Assembly: GCA_046758445.1 (NCBI GenBank)
Contig: JBHIAE010000002.1
Span: 64,001 to 128,000 of the forward strand
From: Candidatus Thorarchaeota archaeon
GTDB lineage: Archaea > Asgardarchaeota > Thorarchaeia > Thorarchaeales > Thorarchaeaceae
DNA: 64,000 nucleotides
Direction: 5' to 3'
In this document: in pieces, positions 10,528-21,085 of the stretch
How the letters are laid out: each line of letters begins with the position of its first letter
Position numbering within the stretch: the first letter of the stretch is position 1
Made by a program: the position numbers and the translations under genes
The notes under the pieces: model-generated
What the model saw: only the letters and a program-made list of their open reading frames with translations
Databases searched by the model: none
Told to the model about the DNA's origin: nothing

Positions 10528-10654
10528 CAAGCCTGTGAACATAGCACCCTCCTTGATGATCTCTGATAAGGCGGATGTCGCGTGTTCAAATCACGCCGGG
10601 CCCACCATTGCTTCTTGCGCTTAGCTTTATCTTGTCCTTAGTCACTGCTGATGC

Positions 10655-10990
10655 TTGGTGACTTCAATGAGTTTCAATCCATGCGATGCCCGGTGTGAAG
10701 GCTGTCCTAGCTACTTGGGAAAAGGTGAGCCACCATGTGCTGGGTGCAGAGAGTCAGGTGAAAGACCATGGTGGGGCACATGCAAGGTCTTTGATTGCAC
10801 AACTGAGAAGAGTCTTAATCACTGTGGCCTCTGTGACGAGTTTCCAAGTGATCTCCTGATAGGTCACTATGACCCAGACAATCCCGAGGGGCAGCGAAAC
10901 GCGGCAGTTCGGGCTGGGGTTCTTGCCTATCTCGTCAGGCACGGGGACGACAAGGCTCTCGAACTATACAAGAAGATCAAGAAAGCCTAG
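10655..10990 (+). CDS. DUF3795-like Cys-rich protein
   Basis: C-x3-CxxC, CxGC, C..C, HCGLC..FP pattern. Confidence 0.7.
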   Translation: MVTSMSFNPCDARCEGCPSYLGKGEPPCAGCRESGERPWWGTCKVFDCTTEKSLNHCGLCDEFPSDLLIGHYDPDNPEGQRNAAVRAGVLAYLVRHGDDKALELYKKIKKA

Positions 10991-11012
10991 AATCCCATAG
11001 TTTCTGATAGCA

Positions 11013-12302
11013 ATGGAATGGAGAGAAAAGGAAGAGAGCGCCGTGCGGCGGAATGAGCGTCTGTGCACGAACTGTGGATTCTGTACAATATCTGTGGGTT
11101 GCCCAAGTCCAGAATATTGCGTTGGCTGTAGATCATGCTACATGGCATGTCCACAAGAGGCAATCTCTCTGACACAGAATGAATCTCCAAACAGCATTAT
11201 CATCACTATAGACGATCAGCCAGTACAGGTGCCTGACAACATCACCATCAAGGAAGCATTGCAGTCCTTTGGAATCGCCTTTACTCGCTATCCGAAAACA
11301 GCTCACTCCTTTGCCCCATGTGAAACTGGAGGCTGCTATGCATGTGCGGTTCTTGTGGATGGAGAGCTAAGTCCCAGCTGTCATACGGCCGTGAAACCTG
11401 GGCTGAACATACGTACAGAGGTTTCAGATCAGATACAGCCCCTTCGTATTGTCGGATGGTGTCAACCTCACTCCGTTGGAGGTGTTGGAACTCCCTGGTC
11501 GGAGAAGGCATTTGGTTTCGATTTCAGGGACTATGCCGAGGCTGCTTGCTTTGCGGCTGGATGTAATCTCCGATGCCGAACATGTCAGAACTTCAGCGTT
11601 ACGTACAACAGTGCCGCATCCGCAGTCACAGCAGAGCATGCCGCCCAGAAACTCCTTGGACTAGCCTTACGCGTCGGCGTCAAACGGCTGGCGATCTCTG
11701 GAGGCGAGGCCACACTCAACCGGCCGTGGCTCGAGGGCTTCTTCACATGGCTCAAAACACGCAGCCCTAGCGATTTCCGTCTACATCTAGACACGAACGC
11801 CACGATTCTTACTCCAGACTACATAGATGCCTTGGTGGAAGCAGGCGTCACTGATATCGGTCCTGACCTCAAGTCCGCTCGCTTGGAAACCTTCCAGAAT
11901 ATCACCGGAATAACAGATTCGACCCTAGCAGAGACCTACTGGACCACAGCTTGGAACGCTGTTCGCTACTTGGCCGACAACTACTACCCAGAACAACTGT
12001 TCATGGGGGTCGGGCTACCTTTCAATCCTGCCTTCTACTCGTCATCAGAAGCCATGGATGCGGAGCTCCATGAGTGGGGTACACGAATTGCTGATATCGA
12101 TGATAGAATCCAAGTGACAGTCTTAGACTACCGTCCCGAGTTCCAGCGTCATGACATCAGACGACCATCCAGTGCTAAGATGCGAAATGTCAAGGCCACT
12201 CTGGAAGGACTAGGTCTCCGGACAGTGTTAGCTCAGACAGCCATGGGTCATCTTGCACCTTCTCGACCTGCACCAGATCGAGAAGTACAACGATCCTCCT
12301 GA
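11013..12302 (+). CDS. radical SAM protein (PFL-activase-like) with N-terminal 4Fe-4S dicluster and 2Fe-2S-like domains
   Basis: CTNCGFC, CVGCRSCYMACP, CETGGCYAC, GCNLRCRTCQN, SGGEAT, DTN. Confidence 0.85.
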   Translation: MEWREKEESAVRRNERLCTNCGFCTISVGCPSPEYCVGCRSCYMACPQEAISLTQNESPNSIIITIDDQPVQVPDNITIKEALQSFGIAFTRYPKTAHSFAPCETGGCYACAVLVDGELSPSCHTAVKPGLNIRTEVSDQIQPLRIVGWCQPHSVGGVGTPWSEKAFGFDFRDYAEAACFAAGCNLRCRTCQNFSVTYNSAASAVTAEHAAQKLLGLALRVGVKRLAISGGEATLNRPWLEGFFTWLKTRSPSDFRLHLDTNATILTPDYIDALVEAGVTDIGPDLKSARLETFQNITGITDSTLAETYWTTAWNAVRYLADNYYPEQLFMGVGLPFNPAFYSSSEAMDAELHEWGTRIADIDDRIQVTVLDYRPEFQRHDIRRPSSAKMRNVKATLEGLGLRTVLAQTAMGHLAPSRPAPDREVQRSS

Positions 12303-12389
12303 TTCTGTCTTGCCGTGCCCAAAGACTATTCAGTGAAACTTCAGAACTTAATCGTTGAGGCCTTTTGTCGATAGTTAAGAGGACTGGGA

Positions 12390-12869
12390 ATGTCAAAGAA
12401 CGGGGAACGCATTGATGGCCAAATCAAAGGCATCGCAGAACGTCTAGAGGCCGCAATGACAAAGAATCCTGATGAACCTCTGGCTAACGGCACTCTGAAT
12501 GAACTATCTGACGAGAACTTCATGGATACTGTTCGACAGCCGAAGACTGCAATCGTCGAGTTCTACACCAATACCTGCCCATACTGCAAGCAGATGAAAC
12601 CTGTTCTTGATGAGCTCGCGAGTGACTACAAGTCGAAGGTGTATTTTGCAAAGATCAATATCGATGAGCATGAAGAGGCCGCAACAACGTTTGATGTAGA
12701 GGGTGTACCTCTCATCATGGCTTTCAAGAAAGGCAACCCGGTGGCCAGGATAGAGGGTCTAAGGAGTATTCATGAACTGGACGGGTGGATTGAGAGCATC
12801 CACAAAGGCCTACGACCAATGAGAATTGAGCCAGGTCCTGTCACAAAGGTCATTCTCGGTGACATATGA
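12390..12869 (+). CDS. thioredoxin family protein
   Basis: EFYTNTCPYCK active site and cis-Pro GVP. Confidence 0.9.
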   Translation: MSKNGERIDGQIKGIAERLEAAMTKNPDEPLANGTLNELSDENFMDTVRQPKTAIVEFYTNTCPYCKQMKPVLDELASDYKSKVYFAKINIDEHEEAATTFDVEGVPLIMAFKKGNPVARIEGLRSIHELDGWIESIHKGLRPMRIEPGPVTKVILGDI

Positions 12870-12891
12870 CCCAAAGCGCGACCCGGTGAAA

Positions 12892-14778
12892 CTATAGAGT
12901 GAGTCTGAAGATATACTCATCATCTTCCATCTTCAGCTTGCTCTCGATCACTTTCCCAGTCTTGTGAAGGAACCTAATCATTGGCACGTTCTTCGGATGT
13001 ACGTGTGCCACGAAGGCTCCCACTCCTTTACTCTTTGCGATACGCATTAGGTGATTGAGCATGTAAGTGCCAATTCCCTTGTTTTGATAGTCATCTTGGA
13101 CTAGGAGTGCGAATTCTGCCTCATTCTTATGCCAATCGAGCAGGTAGCGTCCTGCACCAATGATTTCCTCAGTTGATCCGTCATCGTTGGAGCAGATGGT
13201 TGCCACGATGCTGATGTCTCTGGACTGGTCCACATTGTAGAAGTCCTGCAGAGTCTGTCGCTGGAGGCTTGTGAGGGGCGTCAAGAATCTGAAGAAGATC
13301 GACTCCTCACTGAGTCCGTAGAACAGGCATTTGATTCTATCAGTGTCGTCGGGTCGTATTAGTCTGAAGTCCACATCAATCGCCCCATCTGGCCCGTCGA
13401 AGGTTTCCTGTGCTTCGTATTCTATAGGGAAGTAGGTTCCCTTGGCTTGGAAGGGCACTTGGTCCTCGAAGACGTAGCGCATCTCTTTCGCTACTTCGAG
13501 AAGATCATTTCGGAAGTCTGGATGTGCAATTGCTATGAGTGACAATACACGTTCGCGTATCGTTCTTCCTCGCAGTATTGCCTGACCATATTCTGTGATG
13601 ACGACCTCAACGTCGCCTCTTGTAGTGACTACTCCTGCGCCTTCACTTAGCCGTGGAACAATCCTTGAAACAGTTCCGTCTAGGGCCGTAGACGGCATAC
13701 AGATGATTGCCTTTCCGCCTTGAGACCGCGATGCGCCTCTAATGAAATCCACCTGGCCGCCTATTCCGCTGTAGAATCTGTGACCAATGGAATCCGAACA
13801 GACCTGACCTGTCAAGTCGACCTCAAGAGCAGAGTTGATAGCCACCATCTTGTAGTTCTGGGCGATGACATTTGGATCGTTTACATAGGCTGTATCTCTG
13901 AACTCAAACATGGGGTTGTTGTCAACGTAGTCGTATAGCTTCTTCGTGCCCATAGCAAAGCTTGCTGTCACTTTGTTTCTATTGATACTCTTCCTGCTAT
14001 TTGTGACAACACCACTCTCGACAAGATCAATTATGCTGTCACCGAACCGTTCAGTATGAATCCCTAGGTCCCCAACCCCAGAAGTCAAGAGACTACTGGC
14101 TACTGACTGTGGGAGTGCTCCTATTCCGAGCTCAATTGTGGACTCATTCTCTATCAACCGTGCCACATAGCTGCCAATCAGATCACTCTTCTCGTCTACC
14201 TCAACTGCTTCGAATTCCCTCAGCGGTTCATTATGGCATACCAAGTAGTCGATGTCACGCAGATGTATGAATGAATCGCCATGGGTGACGGGCATGCGTT
14301 CATTCACCTGGGCGATGACCAAGTCCGAACTCTCTGCGGCGCTTTTCGTGATGTCAACTGAGATTCCAAGAGAGGAATAACCATGCTCATCAGGTGGGCT
14401 TATTTGAATTAGAGCAACGTCAAGAGGTATTCTCTTAGTTCTGAAGAAGACTGGAATGTCAGAGAGATGTGCTGGTGTGTAGTCGGCCCTACCCTCGTAG
14501 ACTGCTGTTCTAATGTTGTCAGACACAAAGAAGCTGTTGTGTCTGAACTGTTCCTGAAACTTCGGATCTGCTGAAGGGGTGTCTCCAAGTGTCAGGAGAT
14601 GCACGATCTCATTGTCCGCCATCCGACTGGCGTTTCGTGCGAGCTCCTGCACTAAATGATAGGGCACACCACAACCGGTTCCTAGAAAGATGCGTGTGCC
14701 TCTCTTGACTTTCTTGATGGCCTCTTCTGCAGTCAGTATCTTGTCCTTGTACTTGTCTTTCCATCCTGAATCGGCCAT
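12892..14778 (-). CDS. acetyl-CoA hydrolase/4-hydroxybutyrate CoA-transferase fused to a C-terminal GNAT acetyltransferase
   Basis: LGIGALP, LGIHTE, GQVCSDS, GIGGQVDFIRGA, IAHPDFR; GNAT motif A LVQDDYQNKGIGT. Confidence 0.9.
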   Translation of the reverse strand: MADSGWKDKYKDKILTAEEAIKKVKRGTRIFLGTGCGVPYHLVQELARNASRMADNEIVHLLTLGDTPSADPKFQEQFRHNSFFVSDNIRTAVYEGRADYTPAHLSDIPVFFRTKRIPLDVALIQISPPDEHGYSSLGISVDITKSAAESSDLVIAQVNERMPVTHGDSFIHLRDIDYLVCHNEPLREFEAVEVDEKSDLIGSYVARLIENESTIELGIGALPQSVASSLLTSGVGDLGIHTERFGDSIIDLVESGVVTNSRKSINRNKVTASFAMGTKKLYDYVDNNPMFEFRDTAYVNDPNVIAQNYKMVAINSALEVDLTGQVCSDSIGHRFYSGIGGQVDFIRGASRSQGGKAIICMPSTALDGTVSRIVPRLSEGAGVVTTRGDVEVVITEYGQAILRGRTIRERVLSLIAIAHPDFRNDLLEVAKEMRYVFEDQVPFQAKGTYFPIEYEAQETFDGPDGAIDVDFRLIRPDDTDRIKCLFYGLSEESIFFRFLTPLTSLQRQTLQDFYNVDQSRDISIVATICSNDDGSTEEIIGAGRYLLDWHKNEAEFALLVQDDYQNKGIGTYMLNHLMRIAKSKGVGAFVAHVHPKNVPMIRFLHKTGKVIESKLKMEDDEYIFRLTL

Positions 14779-15001
14779 CGCACGTTCCTCAGATTGCCAA
14801 ATCGTGAGCTCTCTCGTTCATATAGGCGTTTCCTACTACAATTCAAGACTCTGTGAGAATATCACTATACCGATGACTGTGTTCACGGTTTCACCTTGAA
14901 GCTGACACAAGTTCGGCGCGAGCTATCATAGAAGAAACCTTATCAGTAGGAGAGAGCGCGCCCCGGCGCAAGACTCGGCAATCACTCAGGTGGATTACTC
15001 T

Positions 15002-16267
15002 ATGTCTGAAGAGAAGGTCGGAAACCGGAATCTTGTCATTATCGGTGCTATTGTCGTTCAGCTTTGCCTGGGCTCAATCTACGCCTGGTCATTCTTCCAG
15101 ACCGCCCTGAGAGGCGGTGTATACACATGGTCTGCTTTCTTCACGCAGCTTCCGTTTGCCGCTGGTCTGGCTTCGTTTGCTCTGTTCATGATCTTTGCAG
15201 GAAGATGGCAGGATCGAGTAGGCCCACGAAGAGTCGCCACAATAGGTGGAGTACTTCTCGGTCTGGGCTACATACTCGCATATCTGGTCGACTTCGTAGC
15301 GTTTGGGGATGAGTTGATCGGAACTCTATGGCTTGTCATCACATATGGAATCATTGGCGGTGCCGGAATTGGTTTCGCGTATGTCTGTCCTATCGCGGCG
15401 CTAGTGAAGTGGTTCCCTGACAAGAAGGGGGCGATCACTGGAATCGCGGTCGCTGGATTTGGTGCTGGGGCACTTGTCTTTGGCTATGTGGAACAGTTCT
15501 TGCTAGGCATGTTTAACGTGCCTACACTCTTACAGATCGGTACGCCTTTCCTAGTCTTGGGTGTCACATATCTCATCCTGGTTGTTCTCGGCTCCCAGGT
15601 GCTCACAAACCCACCAGAAGGTTGGGTACCAGCCGGCTATGTTCCACCCGTAACAACCGCTGATGGAAAAGGTGTTGATATCCTTCCGGGTCAGATGATA
15701 CGAACCTCAAGCTTCTGGTTACTCTGGTTGATGTTCGTCTTCGCAGCGACTGCTGGTCTCATGACTCTGGGCAACGTTAAGTCCGCTGCATTGATCATTG
15801 ATCCCCTAGCAGATGCAGTCATTATCGTTGGTGTGATGAGCATCCTGAATGCAGCAGGTCGAATTGTCTGGGGAGCAACTTCTGACAAGCTTGGGCGTGA
15901 GAACACGATGGCCCTGATGTTCATAGTCCTCGCACTGGCGATGTTCACGTTCGCATGGATGTCAACCATCACAATCAGCTGGCTTGCAGTGATGGGGATC
16001 GCATCACTGATTGGCTTCTGTTTTGGTGGCAACTTTGCACTTTTCCCATCTGCCACTGCAGACTTCTTCGGCAGCAAGAACGTTGGGAAGAACTATGGAG
16101 TGATGTTTACAGCCTATGGTATTGCAGGCATCACTGGAGCCTTTGTTGCGGGTCCAATTGTTGATGCCACTGGGTCGTACTTCATGGCCTTCATTGTCAC
16201 CGGCGTCCTTGCGATTATCGCTGTGATATTCACTGTCATTCTGAAGTCCATGCGCAAGAACGTGTAG
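15002..16267 (+). CDS. OFA-family (oxalate/formate antiporter-like) MFS transporter
   Basis: GSIYAWS, GRWQDRVGPR, KWFPDKKG, GFGAG, DFFG..NVG.NYG; 12 TM segments. Confidence 0.9.
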   Translation: MSEEKVGNRNLVIIGAIVVQLCLGSIYAWSFFQTALRGGVYTWSAFFTQLPFAAGLASFALFMIFAGRWQDRVGPRRVATIGGVLLGLGYILAYLVDFVAFGDELIGTLWLVITYGIIGGAGIGFAYVCPIAALVKWFPDKKGAITGIAVAGFGAGALVFGYVEQFLLGMFNVPTLLQIGTPFLVLGVTYLILVVLGSQVLTNPPEGWVPAGYVPPVTTADGKGVDILPGQMIRTSSFWLLWLMFVFAATAGLMTLGNVKSAALIIDPLADAVIIVGVMSILNAAGRIVWGATSDKLGRENTMALMFIVLALAMFTFAWMSTITISWLAVMGIASLIGFCFGGNFALFPSATADFFGSKNVGKNYGVMFTAYGIAGITGAFVAGPIVDATGSYFMAFIVTGVLAIIAVIFTVILKSMRKNV

Positions 16268-16441
16268 AAGCAAGAACTCGGTCAGAGGTCATAGACAATC
16301 CGTCTTTGGCCTCTCCTTGTTTCTTCCTGCAAGTCTTCCTATTCTTCCTCTTGATCTGAAATTGGCACTATTGGACAAGCTTCATAAGGAGGTGCTTTCG
16401 CGCCGTCGACCAAAGCATCGATGCTTATGGTGACAAGTCCC

Positions 16442-18433
16442 ATGTCTGATGAAAAGAAGATCACAGTCACGAGCCAGGAGGAGAGACGATTCGCACCCCC
16501 AAAGAGTTTCGTCGACAAGGCCTACATCAAGAGTCATGATGAGAGGATGAAACTCTGGAAGGAGTCTGTTGAGAATCCCGACGAGTTCTGGCTCAAGATC
16601 ACAAAGGAAATGATCCATTGGAAGAAGGAGCCTACTAAGGGGTTCGATTTCAAGGATAAGGAGAAGATCCTCTTCACCTGGTTCGAGGATGGCATCACCA
16701 ACATGGCCTACAACTGTCTGGACAAGCACGTCGAGGCCGGTAAGGGTGATCAGGTGGCCCTTATCTGGCAGGGTGATCCAATAGATGAGTCCAAGACCTA
16801 CACCTACACGGAGCTACTCAGTGAGGTCAACAAGGCCGCCAATGTTCTGAGGAATCTCGGTGTGAACAAAGGCGACAGGATCACGATGTACATGCCCATG
16901 ATCCCTGAACTCGCCATTATCATGCTAGCGAGTGTGAGGATCGGAGCAATTCACAGCATAGTCTTCGGTGGTTTCACAGCGGACTCTTTGAAGGACAGAA
17001 TCCTCGATTGTGAGGGCAAAGTTCTGGTCACGGCTGATGGTTACTATCGTAACGGCAAGATAGTCCCCCAGAAGAAGAATGCTGACAGAGCTCTCGAGGA
17101 GACCCCGATTGTCGAGAAGGTCCTAGTGGTTCAGAGAATGGATATGGAGGACACTCCTTGGACCGAAGGCCGAGACCTCTGGTATCACGAGGAGTACGCG
17201 AAGGTCGATGACAAGTGCGAGCCCGAATGGTTGAACGCGGAAGACCCGCTCTTCATCCTCTACACCTCAGGCTCAACTGGAAAACCAAAGGGAGTCCTTC
17301 ATACTACTGGAGGATACATGACATATACGACTTACACGTTCAAGACCATCTTCGACTGGCATCCTGGTGACGTCTACTGGTGCACTGCGGACATCGGTTG
17401 GATCACTGGACACTCCTACATTGTCTACGGTCCCCTGTCAGCTGGAGCCACTACAATGATGTTCGAAGGCACTCCAACGTACCCCTCGAATGACCGGTTC
17501 TGGCTAGAAGTGGAACGTTGGAAGGTCACACAGTTCTACACTGCTCCTACCGCCATCAGGGCTCTGATGAGATTCGGTGATGAGCCCGTGAAGAAACACG
17601 ACCTTTCATCGTTGAACCTGCTCGGTACTGTCGGCGAGCCCATCAACCCCGAGGCGTGGATGTGGTATCATGAGGTTGTAGGAAATGAGAACTGCCCCAT
17701 TGTTGACACGTGGTGGCAGACAGAAACAGGAGGGATAATGATAACCCCTCTCCCAGGTGCTACACACACGATTCCGGGAAGCACCACTCATCCATTCTTC
17801 GGTATTGAGCCGATGATAGTTGACGAGGCGGGAGTCCCAGTCGGCCCGAATGAGGGTGGATACCTATGTATCCGTAAACCTTGGCCGGGGCTAATGCGAA
17901 CAGTCTACGGTGACCATGAAAGGTTCATCAATACTTACTTCGTACAATACAAGGACCCTGAAACCGGCCTGCCTATGTACATGACGGGAGACGGCTCCCG
18001 CTACAACGAAGACGGGTACTATTTTGTCATGGGCAGGATAGATGATGTCCTAAAAGTATCAGGCCATCGTCTGGGCACGGCAGAGATAGAATCTGCGTTG
18101 GTGAAACACCCAGCGGTATCTGAGTGCGCAGTCGTCGGATTCCCACATGACATCAAGGGTGAGGACATCTACGTGTTCGCCACGCTGAGGCTCGGCGTTG
18201 AGAAGACCGAAGACTTGAGGCAGGAGCTAAGACTACATGTACGCAGAGAGATTGGGCCAATCGCCACTCCTGCAAAAGTGCAGTTCGCCGACGCACTTCC
18301 AAAGACCCGTTCTGGCAAGATCATGCGACGGATTCTGAAGAGAATCGCAGCAGGTCAGATTGATGATATCGGTGACACTACGACATTGGCGGACCCGACG
18401 GTCGTTGAAACCCTCATCAAAGAGAGGTTGTAG
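16442..18433 (+). CDS. acs: acetyl-CoA synthetase (AMP-forming)
   Basis: YTSGSTGKPKG, ADIGWITGHSY, DTWWQTETGG, GRIDD, PKTRSGKIMRR. Confidence 0.97.
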   Translation: MSDEKKITVTSQEERRFAPPKSFVDKAYIKSHDERMKLWKESVENPDEFWLKITKEMIHWKKEPTKGFDFKDKEKILFTWFEDGITNMAYNCLDKHVEAGKGDQVALIWQGDPIDESKTYTYTELLSEVNKAANVLRNLGVNKGDRITMYMPMIPELAIIMLASVRIGAIHSIVFGGFTADSLKDRILDCEGKVLVTADGYYRNGKIVPQKKNADRALEETPIVEKVLVVQRMDMEDTPWTEGRDLWYHEEYAKVDDKCEPEWLNAEDPLFILYTSGSTGKPKGVLHTTGGYMTYTTYTFKTIFDWHPGDVYWCTADIGWITGHSYIVYGPLSAGATTMMFEGTPTYPSNDRFWLEVERWKVTQFYTAPTAIRALMRFGDEPVKKHDLSSLNLLGTVGEPINPEAWMWYHEVVGNENCPIVDTWWQTETGGIMITPLPGATHTIPGSTTHPFFGIEPMIVDEAGVPVGPNEGGYLCIRKPWPGLMRTVYGDHERFINTYFVQYKDPETGLPMYMTGDGSRYNEDGYYFVMGRIDDVLKVSGHRLGTAEIESALVKHPAVSECAVVGFPHDIKGEDIYVFATLRLGVEKTEDLRQELRLHVRREIGPIATPAKVQFADALPKTRSGKIMRRILKRIAAGQIDDIGDTTTLADPTVVETLIKERL

Positions 18434-18445
18434 AACTAACATTCC

Positions 18446-18480
18446 AAGGACGGGTTCAGCCCCGTCCTTCAACCTCTTTC
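18446..18480 (+). terminator. hairpin plus pyrimidine tract after acs
   Basis: AAGGACGGG-ttcagc-CCCGTCCTT 9-bp stem followed by CAACCTCTTTC. Confidence 0.65.
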
Positions 18481-18960
18481 ACAGGCTTCAGCAGAGGAAA
18501 GGCCTCTCTAGAGGCGATTTGTGCAGATATCTAAGAGTTTAATAGCCTAGAACACTTAACTATAGTTTAGCCGTCTGGGAAAGATGGTTCACATAGGTGT
18601 CTGGGCTCAACGTGTTGAGCAAAGCCATAAACCCAATCGGAAGTTGGCTGAGCGTTAAGACACGAAGGGCAGATTGGAAATTGACATTGTGAGCAACGAA
18701 GTATCGGTTCGACGATATTAGTCGCGAAAAAGAACGCAATGTCGATTGGGAAGAATCGAAACCCTTTGCGAACCTATCTCAGATGGCTATCTTGCGTTTT
18801 GGGATTATTGTCAGGCGGGCCATAACGCCGATTGTCTATTTCAGACTTCTCAAGATCACATGATCTCTTCGACGTAGACTACTCGGCGATTATAACGGAG
18901 AACTAATATGGCTTGGCGGAGATGCTACTTAACTATAATTAACTGTCGGGTAAGATTACG

Positions 18961-20295
18961 ATGAACAGACTTGGTATCCGCAGGTTCACATATCTCTTGA
19001 CCTTCTCTTTGATTGTTGTGTTAGGTCTTGTGGGCCCGTCAGTTGCCCCCGCTATTGAGGGCGCAGTGCTGTCTCAAGATGCATTCAATGTTGAGGTAGC
19101 GTTTCCAAATCTCCAGTTCAACAGCGCCGTTGATCTTCAGAATGCAGGTGATGGGACCAATCGGCTCTTTGTTGTGGAGAAGGATGGCATCATCCGCGTC
19201 TTCAATAACGACCGTGATACATCAGTCGCGTCGGTGTTCCTTGACATCAGCTCTGTGGTGAGTGCCATAGGAACTGAGGAAGGACTCTTGGGTCTAGCGT
19301 TTCATCCGGACTACGCCGTAAATGGCTACTTCTACGTGAACTACATAGCCTCCGGTCCACGAAGAACGGTCATTGAACGTTACAATGTGAGCGCTACAAA
19401 CCCGGATCAAGCAGATGCTTCCAGTGCTCTTACAATTCTTGAGATTCCCCAACCCTATTCGAATCACAATGGTGGACAGATTGCCTTCGGTAGCGATGGG
19501 TACCTGTACATTGCAGTAGGAGATGGCGGAAGCTCAGGCGATCCTCAGGGGCATGGACAAGACAAGACCACGTTGCTTGGGTCTCTCTTGCGCATTGATG
19601 TTGACAATCCGGATGGTGGGTTAGACTACGGAATCCCGACCGACAATCCGTTCTACGGGAACCTTGATGGATTTGCGGACGAGATATTCGCTTTCGGATT
19701 TCGCAATCCCTGGAGATTCAGCTTTGATCCTGTCACTGATTGGCTGTGGCTAGCTGACGTGGGACAGAGTTCGCTCGAAGAAATCGATATTGTAGAGTCC
19801 GGTCAGAACTACGGTTGGAATGTCAAGGAAGGTGAATTATGCTTCAATCCGTCGTCAGGGTGCAACGAAACTGGACTCATATCTCCAATCTGGAACTACA
19901 CACGCACCCAAGGCATTTCTGTCACCGGGGGCTATGTGTTCCGTGGTTCGAGAAATCCTGAGCTCGTTGGGAAATACATCTATGGTGACTTCGGTTCAGG
20001 GCTGATTTGGTCCCTAGAGTATGACGGAATCAACCCCGCCATCAACTCCGAGCTTGCAGACACTTCAATCAACATTGCATCATTTGGAGTCGATGAAGAT
20101 GGCGAGCTTTACATAGTTGCATTGGCCGGTACCATCTATCGGTTCGAGAACACTGCAACCACGGCCACTACAACCGGTACGACAACCACAGATACTACGA
20201 CAACAACGCTGCCGTTTGACCCCACAACACTGCTCCTGGCAGGAGGAATTGCTGGAGTGGTTGCCGTTGTCGTGATCATAATCCGGAGAAGGTAG
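18961..20295 (+). CDS. membrane-anchored PQQ-dependent glucose/sorbosone dehydrogenase family protein
   Basis: GLLGLAFHP, NHNGG, GDGG, GFRNPWRFSFD; signal peptide, Thr-rich linker, C-terminal TM plus RRR. Confidence 0.9.
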   Translation: MNRLGIRRFTYLLTFSLIVVLGLVGPSVAPAIEGAVLSQDAFNVEVAFPNLQFNSAVDLQNAGDGTNRLFVVEKDGIIRVFNNDRDTSVASVFLDISSVVSAIGTEEGLLGLAFHPDYAVNGYFYVNYIASGPRRTVIERYNVSATNPDQADASSALTILEIPQPYSNHNGGQIAFGSDGYLYIAVGDGGSSGDPQGHGQDKTTLLGSLLRIDVDNPDGGLDYGIPTDNPFYGNLDGFADEIFAFGFRNPWRFSFDPVTDWLWLADVGQSSLEEIDIVESGQNYGWNVKEGELCFNPSSGCNETGLISPIWNYTRTQGISVTGGYVFRGSRNPELVGKYIYGDFGSGLIWSLEYDGINPAINSELADTSINIASFGVDEDGELYIVALAGTIYRFENTATTATTTGTTTTDTTTTTLPFDPTTLLLAGGIAGVVAVVVIIIRRR

Positions 20296-20341
20296 ACTAG
20301 TCAATTTCAATTTGGCATGTGAGAGTGCCCGCAAAGGCCTC

Positions 20342-20968
20342 TCATACCATTTCTTTCTCGGGTGAATTGTCCCCGAACTTAGACAAAGATGGTAGAAAAC
20401 GACCAGTGTAATCCATGTAGTCCAAGTACTCACTCTCAAACTGATCAATGAGAATCCCTTCCTCTCTCCTAGCTATCCAATAGAAGGGAATCGCAACGAA
20501 TATGGCGAATAGAACGAGTAACAAGTTGGCCGTGATTAGTGAAACGGACAAGGAGAACAGATTGAAGGTCGTGTACATTGGATGACGAACTCTACTGTAG
20601 GGTCCCACGGTTATTAGCTCGTGCTGCTCTTGAATCTCCCACTTTGCTGAATACTGTCTTCCTAATGTGTGATGAATCCATACAAGAAGAGCTATGCCGA
20701 CCACAGCCAATCCTACTCCAAACCAGCGAACAAATGAAGGCAGAGGCAGGTGAAACACCTGTATCCACTGAGGGACAACAATGTAGAGACCAATAGAAGC
20801 AAAGTACCCAAGAATAGCGAAACTGAGTGCAACTACGGCCTTGGTTCTCTGACTATACTCCTTCTCACTAGTTCTCCCAAGAGTCTGGCTCCTGTAATAG
20901 ACTCTGACTCCTGCAAAGACAGCATAGGTGGCAATGAACACGATCTTAAACATCAGTTCATCATCCAT
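20342..20968 (-). CDS. isoprenylcysteine carboxylmethyltransferase-family membrane protein
   Basis: LITVGPYSRVRHPMY, REE..L...F...Y..Y...TGRF. Confidence 0.85.
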   Translation of the reverse strand: MDDELMFKIVFIATYAVFAGVRVYYRSQTLGRTSEKEYSQRTKAVVALSFAILGYFASIGLYIVVPQWIQVFHLPLPSFVRWFGVGLAVVGIALLVWIHHTLGRQYSAKWEIQEQHELITVGPYSRVRHPMYTTFNLFSLSVSLITANLLLVLFAIFVAIPFYWIARREEGILIDQFESEYLDYMDYTGRFLPSLSKFGDNSPEKEMV

Positions 20969-21085
20969 GGACGCACACCTCATGATGCAAGGTACCCAAC
21001 AACATAAAAACATACCTTTGGGTCATTTTTGATTCTCTCGGGTCAGTTTATATACGAGAATGTGTAGGAATGACTGTGATTCATT

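Noticed and set aside
20150-20210. ACN-rich low-complexity repeat
   Set aside because: Encodes the Thr-rich linker of the PQQ dehydrogenase
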